This document shows, piece after piece, positions 11,801 through 23,759 of a stretch of DNA of 64,000 nucleotides (its first letter is position 1; each line of letters opens with the position of its first letter). The translations under genes and the position numbers were made by a program. The notes below the pieces were generated by a model, which saw nothing but the letters and a program-made list of their open reading frames with translations, did no database searches and was not told where the DNA came from. Origin of the DNA: Cladosporium halotolerans (taxonomy: Eukaryota); NCBI RefSeq assembly GCF_011745625.1, contig NW_027191455.1, forward strand, positions 310,001 to 374,000. Direction: 5' to 3'.

Positions 11801-14086
11801 CTCCTCGTCAACACACTTCGCCAAATCCAAAGTGGCGTGGCTTTGTGGCTGGAAGATGGCGACAGAGTCGTTTTCTCCCGCCAACACGTAGCAGAAGCCA
11901 CGATAAAGCTGTGGGGTGGTCTTCTCAGTCAGATCGCTGGTCTTCCACGGAAAGACGGCGCGCTTCTGAGCCTTCTACAGCCGCTTTTTGTCGCCGGCTT
12001 CGCTAGTCCAAAACGCTCAATCGTCAATCGTACAATTACTTTCTGGAACGAAAACTTCGGAGATCAAGAGACACTCCGATATCCGGCCAAATTGGAGAAG
12101 GTCTTGCGTGCCGCTCTATCACACGTTGAACTCGACCTGCCTGACTTCCCTGAGAAGCAAATGGACGACGAGCTTATCGAATTACCTGCCTTTTCTGGAC
12201 AACAGGATGCGGATTCGCAGATCGAGCCTGAATCAACCTCAATCTCTAGATGGACAGGTCTTCCGCGAGGCACCGCAAGTCCCGCCAAACAAGCACTCGT
12301 TTCCCACGAAGTGTCATCGCATCTGCCCAGCATCAGTACTGGCGGTACTCACAGCGCAAGCAAGCCCACCTCGAAAGGCACAACGCCTAAGGCCCACCTC
12401 AGGCACGATGACTCACAGATCATGTTTGCGCCCATAGACTCTTCGCCTCTACCTGCGGCAGACGAGTCTCAACTTCTCACAGACCACCAGAAAGAGGTCC
12501 GAGCACGTCAGAATGAGGACGCGCAAATGTTCCCGGATCTGTCCTCCACGCCTGCGAGGAAGCAGACTCCCCACGTCCGGCGACGACCTCCGGGACCGCT
12601 GGCCTTCTCTGCGGACGTCGGACAGGAACCTGCCAGCGACGCGGTGGCTAGGTCGCCATTGGAGATGCCGGACGAACAAAATGAGATGAGTGGCTATCTG
12701 GGCTCCTCGCCGACTCCGAGAAGCTCAGACAAATCTAAGGCCGAGCAATTCAAGGTTGATGCGACAGCGCAAGATGATGAGCATGAATATGACGAAATCT
12801 CGTCTTCTCCGCCTCGGTCGCCATATCAAGCCGGTGAAAAAAGCGAAACTGGCGGAAAGGATCAAAAAACAAGCTTTGTGGCCGATAGCGTGCACGACAA
12901 GGACGAGTCATCAGAGGGTGATGCAGCGAAGGAGGACGCAAAGGAGGAGCCAGCGGATTTGGATCCTGCGTCTGATGATGCACGTCCTGCGGCACAACTA
13001 CAAATGGAAGCAGATGCTGCCGAGCATCACGGCGACCTGAACGACGACGCGCCAGGTGAGGCCGCTCAAGTCGACGCCACTACTGTTGTCGAGCCAACTG
13101 AGGTATTCGAGCAAGCTACAGGAGGCAATGACGACCAAGATGGCCTCGAGATGAGCAGAATCGAGAACTCGTTCCTCGAGCCGGATGCTGGCGCAGACCC
13201 TGCTGTCGATTCGTCTCCGGCAGGTAGTCATTACAGCACACGATCCGCCCGGAAGCGCAAGCGTGCATCGGCAGCGGCTGAGAGTCTTGCTTCGAAGAAG
13301 CAAAAGCATCAATCGCCGCTGCGTCGCGTTATGTCTGGCATTTTTGGGAGCTCGCAAAAGGAGGAGGAGGAGGAGGATGGGGACGAGATCGTCGTTGCCA
13401 GCAGTCAGCCTACTGACTCACCCACCAAAGTCGAACCACAGCAGCAGACTGAAGGGCTCAACGAGGGCATCGAAGAATCTGTCGCGTCAGTGACATCTTC
13501 ACAGCGACCCAAGCGCGGTCGGGGTCGTCCGCGCAAGTCGGAAACGCCCACGCCTCTTCCCACCTCGAATACGCCAGCTTCATCGACGAGAGCGAAGCGC
13601 AAGGCATTGGCGCTCAGCGAAGGCGATGCCGCGGGCTCGTCAGTGAACGTCGGTGAAGAGCCTGCGCCAGCGCCCAAGAGACAGCGCAGGCGTGCTCGTG
13701 CCAAGAAAGCCATCGAAGGCGCTCGTAAGTCGCAAGAAGCATCGCAAGAAGAGCCCGACTCCCGTCCGCCTTCCCGCCGCGAAGCAACAGGCGTGATCAT
13801 CGACCAGCCAGAAAGCGACGTCGACGTAAGTCAGACGCGCCTGGCGTCCGACGACGAGGCAGAGAGCGGCGCGGATGGCAAGACGAAGCCGGTCGAGCCT
13901 GCTGCAACGCCGTCGAAAGACCGTCCCAAGGCAACACCTAAGAGCATTCTGGGACGGTTGAGGGACGTCCTGGTCGATTGCAGTAATGCCATATTCGGCT
14001 CGCAGGAGGAGAGGGAGTTCGATGATATTTTGTTCAGGCTGAGGCAGGAGGTTCATGGCGCTGCTTATAGAGGCCGCTCGACTTGA
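8858..14086 (+). CDS. RIF1: Telomere length / replication-timing regulator Rif1
   Basis: 1742-aa ORF with N-terminal RPPTPP, KKVGF (RVxF) and KSILK PP1-docking motifs, a HEAT-like Rif1_N region, the LRHDDSQI motif and an AT-hook (RGRGRPRK). Confidence 0.92.
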   Translation: MLSSSSSLFTSLPARPPTPPKDIQEHVKDALDFLENGHEEADENASNSGKLEITTDTPPGSSPVSSQEVNAVSNAAKKVGFSPFPPTYHEVPQIGVSNSPRDRLLRSAPRPRNSKPVKSILKLSSFAPPPTPDEHEHKIGYFSPEDPSTFGKMLQSVLKELASSSRSSRLDAYLALHGALTAYDGIPDRQAMAANMAQIQQYLSRDLIWRESGSLIETQVATQALKLACTLVFDNQLSKALDDDFRIFLIDRSITVMEQPEIPKALVKTHLYLVAQQKFHHSIITPNRAERMISALRTIEDRCSGNSLIATRLVIYQRLLDQAPVVMCNRLRDWLEHVFHGMLSSINDTKMRAIEVGNHAGLKLGTNAAASKALEDLFDIEVEEGQTYCDYLALRLTGMMTDKQKQTGVLVPQIWSAIVLFFRTKRRPLERWPRLRTWLQVLQKCLNSSDVNIKYQANLAWKKLVFAVMPDASTGPTMLSMLRVPISAGFEKRSGDRISRQARQIALDGYHNLLHYGMRPSLSHADLDVTWDAYVHPILLEMIKASPKGRLNACKILHGLLSPNAGLWNEFAAMESTAIQSHDLPRIDSRWVRSRLAKVLTLVEPIMSAELWNTQDDNILATKVWKQTLQSIAEAGAQEVKTSNELREALAMVMNMFQRLWGSSLDSDEHKSAITSEFFQEMVRTTCQYIGPSLLAEDMLARSPQGDVEAAPTPSHRPSKHQHALYSPLVFTLSMMCTQPHQSEGSQWRSLAAEVIELSCKSTATSAARLQLVNRTLQALQALSVTEDAKQQIAKLWTLFAQRATEALCHSKTESTPSGMLGQKLRDALNILVYGLPLMKTDATNIVAGHALIEEMILVARCKAGDAGVTLAVVEPVSKALLDKDRAIEITIEVHVAAVLFNSAGWPQNRQAMEQGRKLLWGVGSGPLRAGTFDPYEHAYGLIKDLFDECYSGLKGGASCDHLAIKMLNAFQAFVSNCPLALLVNTLRQIQSGVALWLEDGDRVVFSRQHVAEATIKLWGGLLSQIAGLPRKDGALLSLLQPLFVAGFASPKRSIVNRTITFWNENFGDQETLRYPAKLEKVLRAALSHVELDLPDFPEKQMDDELIELPAFSGQQDADSQIEPESTSISRWTGLPRGTASPAKQALVSHEVSSHLPSISTGGTHSASKPTSKGTTPKAHLRHDDSQIMFAPIDSSPLPAADESQLLTDHQKEVRARQNEDAQMFPDLSSTPARKQTPHVRRRPPGPLAFSADVGQEPASDAVARSPLEMPDEQNEMSGYLGSSPTPRSSDKSKAEQFKVDATAQDDEHEYDEISSSPPRSPYQAGEKSETGGKDQKTSFVADSVHDKDESSEGDAAKEDAKEEPADLDPASDDARPAAQLQMEADAAEHHGDLNDDAPGEAAQVDATTVVEPTEVFEQATGGNDDQDGLEMSRIENSFLEPDAGADPAVDSSPAGSHYSTRSARKRKRASAAAESLASKKQKHQSPLRRVMSGIFGSSQKEEEEEDGDEIVVASSQPTDSPTKVEPQQQTEGLNEGIEESVASVTSSQRPKRGRGRPRKSETPTPLPTSNTPASSTRAKRKALALSEGDAAGSSVNVGEEPAPAPKRQRRRARAKKAIEGARKSQEASQEEPDSRPPSRREATGVIIDQPESDVDVSQTRLASDDEAESGADGKTKPVEPAATPSKDRPKATPKSILGRLRDVLVDCSNAIFGSQEEREFDDILFRLRQEVHGAAYRGRST

Positions 14087-14190
14087 TGTAGCGTAGTTCG
14101 TTTTGTAGATTACCTTATCATACCTTGGGGTGAGAACCCGGAAATGAAGAGATACCAGTTTACTGCGTCAAATATATTTGCGTCAACTAC

Positions 14191-14212
14191 TTTTTTTTTT
14201 TTTTTTTTTTTT
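14191..14212 (+). repeat. Poly(T) tract, 22 nt
   Basis: Direct read: 22 consecutive T about 100 bp downstream of the RIF1 stop. Confidence 0.95.
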
Positions 14213-15043
14213 ATAATAACAACGTTAAAATTTTGTGCATCTTTGGCCATTCAGTTTGTGCTTGCTCCAAGTGAACAGTTCAGCTAGACACTGCTTGCAG
14301 GCTTGCTACATCGTTACTGTCAAATGTGGGTCATTATCGTTTTCGTTCCAACAGGCTGACGGGCCATGAATGAAATTTTGAATTCAGCAGGATAATAAAG
14401 AAAATGTCATTTGAGACCATAGAAAGCAATGTAGCCACTCGAATATGATCACTTTAAAGCCGACAAATTCACCAGGTCTCAATCGTTTCAATGGATATGA
14501 ACTACCCCAACCCTAACCCTACGATCCCAAATCCGTGCTTGCACGCCCGCTGCAGGCCGAACTCGCAAGAGATGCCACGCTTCACGCGTCCCTCATTCCC
14601 ACCCGTACACGCTACCTAGGTACAGCGCGACCCATCACCATCCGCCGGCACCATACAGAAGATGACTAGCAAAAGCATAGCCCGATAGTGTACGACACTG
14701 CAATCGCTGCAAAGCCAAGACATTCGATGATTATTGGTGCCGCAGCTACTTCCCCCACTCCTCGCCCAAAATCACATTGCGGCCTTGCGTCTAGCTCAGG
14801 CTAGTCCAACCTTTGCGTGGCGGCCATGAGCATTAGCTGGCAAACGACGGTTCGTCCAATGGGTTGGAATTGTAAAACGGTAGCATGATCGGCGACAAGC
14901 AAAAGTTGGCGGTTGGTGGACATATACCTTAAAACTGATGGTTGCTATATATCATTCGAACTACGGTACAGTACACAAACTTGCTTTCTAAAGCCACCAA
15001 TCACTATTCCCCATCCACGTCTCACACTGAATATCTCAACATT

Positions 15044-16385
15044 ATGCCTTCTAGAGTATCGCCCTCTGGCTTCAAGGCTTTGGAAGGGACCTCGATGTTC
15101 CGCCCTTCCACAATTGGTCACCTCAAACTTGAACACAAAGTGGTGTTAGCTCCGCTGACGCGCATGCGTGCCACTAAGGAGTCGGAGGGTGTCTTTGTTC
15201 CTGGAGATCTCAACGTTGAATACTACTCACAAAGGGCCAGCAAGGGTGGCTTCATGCTCACAGAGGCGTGCCCTATCAGCAGGCTGGTAAGTTCACGCAC
15301 AGTAAATGACAGCAAAGCAATAGGTTGACCGTGTTTTCAGGCTGCTGGATATCCTGGGGTACCAGGCATCTTCACACAAACCCAGATCGACGGATGGAAT
15401 CGCGTGACGGACGCCGTTCACGAGAAGGGTGGTTTCATCTATTGCCAGCTGTGGCACGTTGGTCGTGCGACCACACCTTCTTTCCTCGGTGGCGAGAACC
15501 CCGTCAGTTCCAGCGATATTCCAATCAGTGGCAATGCTCTCGATGGCTCGCCTTACGCTCAAACCCCACCGAAGCCGATGACAGTAGCGCAGATCAAAGA
15601 GTTGACTCAAGAGTACGCTGCCGCCTCAAAGCGTGCACTCCAGGCCGGATTCGATGGCGTAGAGATTCACGGGTGAGATGATGACCATTTTGACACAGTA
15701 TTACCCGGAAGCTAAGTGTCTGCTCTCTAGGGCCAATGGATATCTTTTGGATCAATTCCTGCATGACAATGTCAACATTCGTGGAGACGGGTATGGCTCC
15801 AATATTGAAGGCCGTTGCCGCTTTCCGCTCGAGGTCATCAAAGCTGTCACGGAAGCTGTCGGCGCCGATCGCGTCGGAATCCGCCTGTCACCTTACAACT
15901 ACTTCCAAGACACTCGTGACTCGAAGCCTAACGAGCACTGGGAGTATCTTTGTGAGCAGATTGCCGCCATGCCAGAAAATCAACGCCTGTCCTACGTCCA
16001 CATGATCGAGCCTCGCTTCGACGAAGTGCTCGATGAGCAAGCTAAGATGGAATCTCTCACTGGCAACCCTGACGGAGGAAAGTTCGGCGGTAGGCCTAAC
16101 TCGCTCGTACCTTTCCGTCAGATCCTCGCCAAGGGCAGCGTGAAGTTCCTGAGCGCCGGCAGCTTCAACAGGGATAATGCTGCGCCTAAGATCGATGCTG
16201 GTGATGCTGACGCGATCGTCTTTGGCCGCTGGTTCATCGCCAATCCTGATCTTCCAAAGCGTCTTGCCGAAGGCTTGCCCCTGAACGACTACGACCGGAA
16301 CACCTTCTATGGCGCTGACCCTCCGGAGAAAGGCTACACTGATTACCCTGCTTTTGAGGCTGGTTCCAAAGGAGTTGAAGCCTGA
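15044..16385 (+). CDS. hxnT: Old yellow enzyme (NADH:flavin oxidoreductase / ene-reductase), HxnT-like; 2 introns
   Basis: Motifs VVLAPLTRMRA, YYSQRAS, QLWHVGR, GFDGVEIHG|ANGYLLDQF, FGRWFIANPDL and GYTDYP. Introns at about 15287-15340 and 15673-15730. Symbol inferred from family plus cluster context. Confidence 0.85.
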
Positions 16386-16877
16386 AAACCCTTTCGATGC
16401 TTTGATACATGAACGGAATACCTTGTAGCGATGCAAGTCAAAGGCTTTGCACGTGTCGGACTCTTCATTATCACAGCGACCCGTTTTCAGATTACATATC
16501 TGTTCTCAAGCATTAGGTTACATAACATCCATAGAGCTTTATCCAAGAACTGTATCACGTGATCCTTATCAGCAGTGAGGGCAAACTGCTTGAGCAACCC
16601 TGACCCACCCCACCCTGCCCACTCTTGGCAACGTGGACCAAAGGATTCCGATTCAAGATAACGTTTCCCAATCAATCTCAATCAATGTAATGCCCCTCAT
16701 GCTCCCGGCATCTGCCTATCGCTCATGCACATGATGGGATCCGGCAAGTCTACTCGGGCTCATGTTCGATGTAACCAGACGATAGGTCTGCCGTCAGTCT
16801 GGCCTGACGAGTTATCCAGCGCGATATTTGTCAAGTCTGTCTCATCAAACAATACAATCATTCCATAGGCTGCTTCA

Positions 16878-19775
16878 ATGGCTGGCAATGTGCGCAAGAA
16901 ACACTTATGTACATGGCCGGACTGCGGCAAATCATTTAACCGCTCTGACCACCTTCAAAGACACACCCTAAATCATGAAGCTGGGGATAGTACATGTCCA
17001 CGGTGCAGCGCCCACTTCAAGCGACAAGACCTTCTTGGTAGGTGCCCTGATGACATGTCGTAGCCATGGTACTAACCTTGTCCGAGAGCGCCACATGCAA
17101 AGGCATAAACAGAAGGACGAAGAAGCTGGCGGCGAAGGTCTAGGAATCGTATGCACACGCAAGCGCCTCTGGAGAGATGCCGATGGCAACATTGTCACCA
17201 AGCGACCAAAATCTTCGCTGCGGCCAGATGGCTCGACCGCCAACACCGAACACCTTTCGCTCGATGAGGCGGACGATCAGCCGCAACTGCACTCGCATTC
17301 AGAGTCGCCACAAGTTTACGAGCCGCCGTTGTCCCCACCTCCGTCTCTCACGAGCGCCGAGGCGCGCGCTCAAGATGAAATGGTCTATTGCATAGCTCCA
17401 AAAGACTTGCAAGCAGACTTCGATTTTCCGCCACTCATGGACACTGGAACTGATCCAGAGGCGATTGATTTCTTCGTTGACTCCCAATGGCCGCAGCAAC
17501 TGATCGAGCCGCCTTCGCTGGCATCCGGTGCTGCAGCTTTTGACGACGTTTTCAACCCAGACACAGGTATGGCTCAGACAACTCTCCACATAAAGGACTC
17601 TCTAATATGACATAGCAAGCTCTTTCAATATGCCTTTTACAACTATGAACAATTACAACTGGCTGTTTGATCTTGAGCAGCCCAACTTCCCAGTGAACAC
17701 TGATTCAACGACTACAGAGCGGACCCGCCCACTCATCACGACAACTCCCGAGTCATTTGGATTGAACCCGCAAAGCATGTGTGAGTTTCCAGAGTTCGCT
17801 ACGAATCATCTAGGCTCTCGGACAGCGTCTGTATCGTACGGGGTCCCAAGCCCGCAAAGCCAGCAAGAGCTATCAGTCCAATCTGGTCCACGATTGAAAA
17901 ACCCAAACCCCACTCCTGCACGAGAGCCGCATACACAGTCAGGGTTCTTACCGGATGCTCGGGAGGGAGTCCGCCAGCAGTACCATAACCCCATGCCCTC
18001 TTCTCCGGACTCGGATGGCTGTAATTCCTTCATGGGCAAGTCCTCAGAACAATCCCTGGTGCTTGATGACATCTCTCGTGGGCGGATCCTCGACTTGGTC
18101 GTCGAGGCCCGACCACAGACAGCGGAAGGAACACTTGTTACACGGGATCATCCATTATTGACGCTTGGAGCAATGCAAAGCTATTGCGACTTATTCTTCT
18201 ACCGCTTCAATAAGAGTTATCCGTTGATCCATCGAGCAACGTTTGAACCTTCGCGGGTGGAGCCGCTCTTGTTGCTATCTATCATGCTCCTCGGAGCCAC
18301 CTATGGAGGCAAGGATGCACACCGATTGGCAGTTTGCATCCATGATATTACGCGAACGCAAGTCATCCAGCACAGCGCTTTCACTGCAACGCCAGAGCTT
18401 TGGATGCTGCAAGTCATACTGCTCATAGAATGCTTTGGCAAGTCGAGAGCGGGACAGAAACAGCATGATATGTCCCACTTGTTCCATGGCATGCTTATCA
18501 AGTAGGTCAAGTTTGTGTCTTGCCACAGAACAATGCACTGACTTTGACAGTCTTATTCGACGGAGCGACTGCCAATCTGCCAAATTGCCCGAATACGTTG
18601 ACGAATCACTGGACATGGACACACGGTGGCGGGTGGCTATGGAAGTTGAGCAGCGGAAACGCCTTGCACTGCTTTGCTTCCTATGGGATACCCAGCACGC
18701 AGTCCTGTTCTCTCAATCTTTGTGCATGTCTGCATTTGAGCTTCGAACGAATCTACCTTGCAACCCTGATGTATGGGAAGCAGAGACAGCTTCCGAATGG
18801 GCAAGGCGTTCCGTCGGTTGCGCTGAAGTCACCTTCCTCTCTGTGCTCAAACTATACATGAACTCAACCCAGGCATCAACACCACCTCGGCTCAACGCAT
18901 TGTCACGCCTGCTTATACTCCATGGCTTGATGTCTGTCTTCTGGGATATGAAAAGGCGAGATCAAACCTCACTTGGTGAGTACGAGGATATGGCGCGTTC
19001 GCTTCTGACAGAGCTACTGACTGGTGATGTTGCAGGAGCTGTCGGCCCAAACGCAGAATGGAAGCCTCGTCTTGGTCAAGCATATGATGCTTGGAAGACG
19101 GACTTCGATGCATACTGCATGAACATGACAATGCATCTGAAAGAAAGTCCGGCAGTGAAAGGGGAATTCGTCCGCTTCAGCACCAGCGCGCTCGCCATAT
19201 ATCACGCCGCCCATATGGTCCTCAATGTCGAAGTGCTGGATCTGCAGATCTACGCAGGAGCGCGCCATATCATCGGCCGGCCAGTCAGCTTACATGACTA
19301 CGAAAGATCTAGGTTCATCGTGAAGCAATGGGTGGAGGAGGCCAGTTCGGCGAACAAAGCCGCGTGGCATGCCGCCCACTTGCTGAGAGACGGCATCATG
19401 AATCTCGAAGGCTGGGACGTCGACCAACAGTTCCATTACCCTTGGTGCCTATATCTGGCGACTCTGACTTGCTGGGCTTTCCATCATGCGAAGAACGATC
19501 GAGGCGTTGCTCATCGCGGGCCTCGGACACCTAATCACAGCTCGAATGAAAATACCAACCAAGAGTCTGGCATGAATGCACTGATCAGTAGTATGACAGC
19601 GATCGGCCCAGGAGGTCTGAGTCGCTTGGCGGGCAAGCAGTCGACGAGCGGCCTCATTGCTGTCGTCGCCAAACATTTGGGCAATATACGGTGGGCCGTG
19701 GTCTATGAAGGCATGAAAGTGTTGAAGGGCCTGGAGCCGGAGAAAGCAGGAGCACGCTATGACTTTATGAGGTAG
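16878..19775 (+). CDS. hxnR: C2H2 zinc finger plus fungal-specific TF domain regulator, HxnR-like; ~4 introns
   Basis: Two N-terminal C2H2 fingers (CTWPDCGKSFNRSDHLQRHTLNH; CPRCSAHFKRQDLL|ERHMQRH) and a Fungal_trans region (FNKSYPLIHRATF; CFLWDTQHAVLF; YPWCLYLATLTCWAF). Same architecture as HxnR and located inside the cluster. Confidence 0.85.
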
Positions 19776-20064
19776 CATTGAGATTTTCATCCATGGATTC
19801 TCGATCGATAAAAAATTCGATGACTGATTGACCGCACAGGAGAAGTCTCTCTGTATTTTCAACACGGCTCACCGTGCTACCATGTCTTATGGCGTATCCA
19901 AACCTGGCTCTGACAGGGAAAGCCTTTACAGATACGGCACGCCTTATAGTCAACGGTGGCCTCATTGCAAAGCCAGAGAAGGCCGTGCGTAAGACAACTG
20001 TTCGATTTATTCCTCAAAGAAGGAAAGCTTTGACTAATCTCTAGAACACCGTACCAGTCTAGTA

Positions 20065-21632
20065 CTATGACTTTCCTTGAACTCGAGCAGGACTGTCCAC
20101 CTTCACCTCGTTGATCTCAGATCCGCCCCAGTGCCAAAAGCGGTCAACATCCTCCTCCACTTTGTAGCCAAGTAGCTGAGGGGACAAGCCAGAGTCTCTC
20201 CACGCGAGAGCCTCGCCTTCCTCCTTAGCCTGCATTGCTCGATCGCGCTCCTCCTGCTCTGGTCCATCATGCAAATGGTACAGCCACTGCTGTCTGTTGC
20301 CACGCTCTACGACCATCTCTGTCCGCGGTTTCCTGCATTGCTCGTAGATCGTTAGCAATCGCCGTTTCTCCGCCGGGTCACGAGGATTCGCGCTACGGCC
20401 GAATATTTCGCCCAGGACAGCGGCATCTTCGAGAGCCATGCCGGCACTGAGAATTCAATTAGCCTGGACATTGCTGCATTCAAGACTGGATATGACTTAC
20501 CCCGAAGCCAAATACGGAAGCGTAGCATGGACGGCATCGCCCAACAGAGTGAATGCGCCGGAGGGATGACTCCAAGAGTCCATGCCAGATCTAATGCATA
20601 GCCGCCACTTGTATACAGACTCACAAAGTGCTAGCAGTTTGGGAATTCGATGATCCCAGTCTTTGTAGAGAGCGCGCATCTCCTCGACATCACCTGCTAG
20701 GGTATTGGCGCCTGCAGGCATGTCATCAGGAACTAGCAGAACCATATTGAAGAGCTCGCCTCCGCGGAGGACGTAGTTGACTGGAGAAAGTCAGCTCTGG
20801 ACGCTCATCATGGATGTTCAAGCTTACCTGCGTGTGCATCTGGGCCCAGCCAGTAGTTAACTTGAGGGTCCGTCACGAACGAAGCCAATTCTGGATCTTT
20901 GAGCATTTCTTTTGTTGACAGAAGTAGTCTGTACGCAAGATCGCCAGTCAAGATTGGAGGGTCTTCTCGACCGAGCATTATCTCGCGCAAATTGCTGTTG
21001 ATGCCGTCTGCACCAATGACAAGGTCAACCACGTGTTGCTCCCCATTCTCCAACGTCAAAGTAGCAAAGTCGCCTTCTGAAGAAGGTTCAACATTGGAAA
21101 CTCTTGCTTTAGTTCTGATATTTGCGCCGAGTTCAGCAGCACGGTCGAGCAGGCAACGATGGAGATTGGCTCTGTGAAAGTCCCAGTAGAAGGTCCCAGG
21201 ATATTGCGCGGCGGACGTTGCGAAGTCCATGTGCGAAATGACCCCGCCCTTCCAATGGAGCATATTGACTCTCGAAGGTTTGGTCGAGTACTTGTCAAGA
21301 GCTTCTTTCATGCCCCACGATTGTAGTACGCGGCTGCTGTTCGGGAGCACCTGGATCCCAGCACCGACTTCGCCGATCTCGTTCGCGGCTTCGAATATCT
21401 GGACGTCGTGGCCTGCCAGAAGGAGAGAAATGGCCGCGCCAATACCTCCCAAACCGGCGCCCACGATGATGATCTAGTATGTATCAGCAGTGCGAACGCT
21501 GGCCATACGTGCAGCGCCTCCATGTCCAGGAACCCTGCAATGATAACGCAGCCATCGAGCATCGAGGGTACGTACCTTGAGTTTGGTGCCATCCTCGCGG
21601 CGCTGCTGGTCTTTTATTGGAATCGCAGCCAT
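20065..21632 (-). CDS. hxnX: FAD-dependent monooxygenase (salicylate hydroxylase / 6-hydroxynicotinate 3-monooxygenase family), HxnX-like; spliced
   Basis: FAD fingerprints GAGLGG, DLVIGADG and LLGDAVHATLPYLASG|AGMALEDA. ATG 21632 (MAAIPIKDQQRREDGTKLK) is followed by an intron. Confidence 0.85.
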
Positions 21633-22050
21633 TTTCTTCCGGCTGATCTGATGAGGAACCGTGGGTGATATGGCCATAGACAGAAGTATTGTGCGGAATA
21701 GGAGGCTCTACAAAAGGTGATTCCCAATCATACACGAGACTCACATTCACCCTACAAGCCAGATAACTTAAACCTTTGACCAATGTTGCTTTGTCTTTGC
21801 TGAACTCCTCAAGCAGAATAAGCAGTGGGGTGCCTATCTTTGATGAAGACGTCTACCAGTCTGTGGGTGCCGATAGTCCCGGCATGCTACGTGCAAGACA
21901 GGGCAAGGCTCCGATGGACGCAACTAGTCGGGAACTTCCACGGCATGTAGAAAGCTGCACGATGGACGATATCGTGCATGCTCGGACCTGAGTAGATAGG
22001 CGAAAGCTGTACCTTGCCACTACTCAACGATGCGGTGGGAGTGCAGCAGG

Positions 22051-22061
22051 CAAGAGTGGGG
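22051..22061 (+). promoter_or_regulatory. CAAGAGTGGGG, candidate HxnR-binding site upstream of hxnX
   Basis: Exact 11-mer that also occurs at 32837 and, reverse-complemented, at 36589 and 39847. Contains the GHGGGG core. Confidence 0.6.
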
Positions 22062-22301
22062 GATAGGCGAGCAAGCTATGATTGGCTGGTTTTGACGGTC
22101 TCACAATTGCCAATAATGTAGTCGGCCGCTACAGACATACAGGTGCATGTGAGACAATGCATGGACTATTGAGAGACTGCAATACAAATCTGGAAGGCCG
22201 AAAGGAGCCTACTTGAAGATAGATCGACCATGATACGCTGCAATGTTGAGGCATGAAGACCCAAAGTTGTCTCAACGATGAAAATGACGTGTATTACGAG
22301 C

Positions 22302-23336
22302 CTACTTGAGCACAGCCGGCATCATGGCATCGGGAGGAGGCTTATTCTTTGACTTGAACTCATCTGCCATTTCTGCCATTGTCATCCATTCCACTCCTTC
22401 ATGCTTGTTGATGTATTCGATCAGTCTAGGACTCGTCAGTGCGGTCTGAGCTTGAGGTTACTTTAGCCCTCACATACCTCTCGTGCATAAGAAGAACGTG
22501 GGGTCTGCCTGAAACATCAGGATGACAAGTGATCGGAAAGATGCAGATCTTGCTGGGGTCCGGATCATCCGCAAGCTCACGGTAATAGTAATCGAAGTGG
22601 TCTCTCCAGATGTCCTCAACGTCGCGAGGGTTGACCCAACCGTGGCTGTTGGCACTGTTCTTCACAAACATCATTGGCGGAAGGTCGTCGATGTACCAAC
22701 TGCCAGGGATCTCGACCAGGCCAGTCTCCTTGCCTCGGACCAGTGGCTTCATCCAAGTCTCGGCTTTTTGAGTGTAGTCGATCTTTGTCCACGTGTCACC
22801 AGTCCTCAACCAATACATGTTGGCATCGTCATGAGACATGGAGTGATCATATTCGATGCCGTAGCTGAGCATAAGCTCAACGCCCTCGTGGCTGGTCTCC
22901 CACCATGGAGCTACACTGCCACGCGGTGGCTTGCCACAGAAGTCAGTCAGCAACTTGTGGGTCTTGTCAAGCACGTCACGCTGCTGCTCTAGTGTCATGT
23001 CTGACGGATTCTCGTGCGAATAGCCTGTAACACTATGGATCAGCAACCTTCTCCAAAAGCCAATTTGACACAGTTACCATGGAGTCCAATCTCGTGGCCA
23101 GCATCTCGTACCATAGCGCACTCTTCCGGAAACGTCTCCAATGTGTGCCCAGGGATGAACCAGGTGGCTTTGATGCTGTACTTATCAAAGAGCTTCAACA
23201 TTCGTCGAGTACCATGTGTGCCGGCCCAGAGGCCACGTGAGATATCGCTGGCCGAGTCTTCGCCACCGTAAGAGCCGAGCCATCCAGCAACGGCGTCGAT
23301 ATCAACGCCGTAAGCGCAGATGATTCTCTTTGGCAT
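22302..23336 (-). CDS. hxnM: Polysaccharide-deacetylase-fold amide hydrolase (cyclic imide ring opening), HxnM-like; 2 introns
   Basis: [38 protein letters not shown] and [16 protein letters not shown]. Last exon [13 protein letters not shown]...PAVLK* ends at 22302. Confidence 0.88.
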
Positions 23337-23759
23337 GATGATAGTTTGTGAATTCGCGTCTGGTGAATGGCAATACTATGCAAAGTAAGAGTGACCAATT
23401 AGCTTAACTGAGAGTCTTCTTGTAGCGTCCACCATGCCTCACTCGGTTGATATATGCTGGTCCAGAGGTACTTGATTGACGACCACCTCAAAAGTGGACG
23501 GGCGAATGCTGTCGCGCAGCGCACCGCCTCACGTACTGCAGCCAATCTGGAGCGCTTCGGATGGCCCACTCAACAGCGAGCCACTTAACGGACACAGCTA
23601 TTGTCTTCATGTCAGCTCTGGCTATCGCTGTACTGCAGGATATTTAGGCACGCAACAAAACAGCAAGTCTTCTGAATTCTCATTCTGGTGCCTTGCGAGG
23701 CTTCAAAATCGAGACAGCAATGAATGACTGAGCAATGCAAAGTGGCCGAATCAATTATC

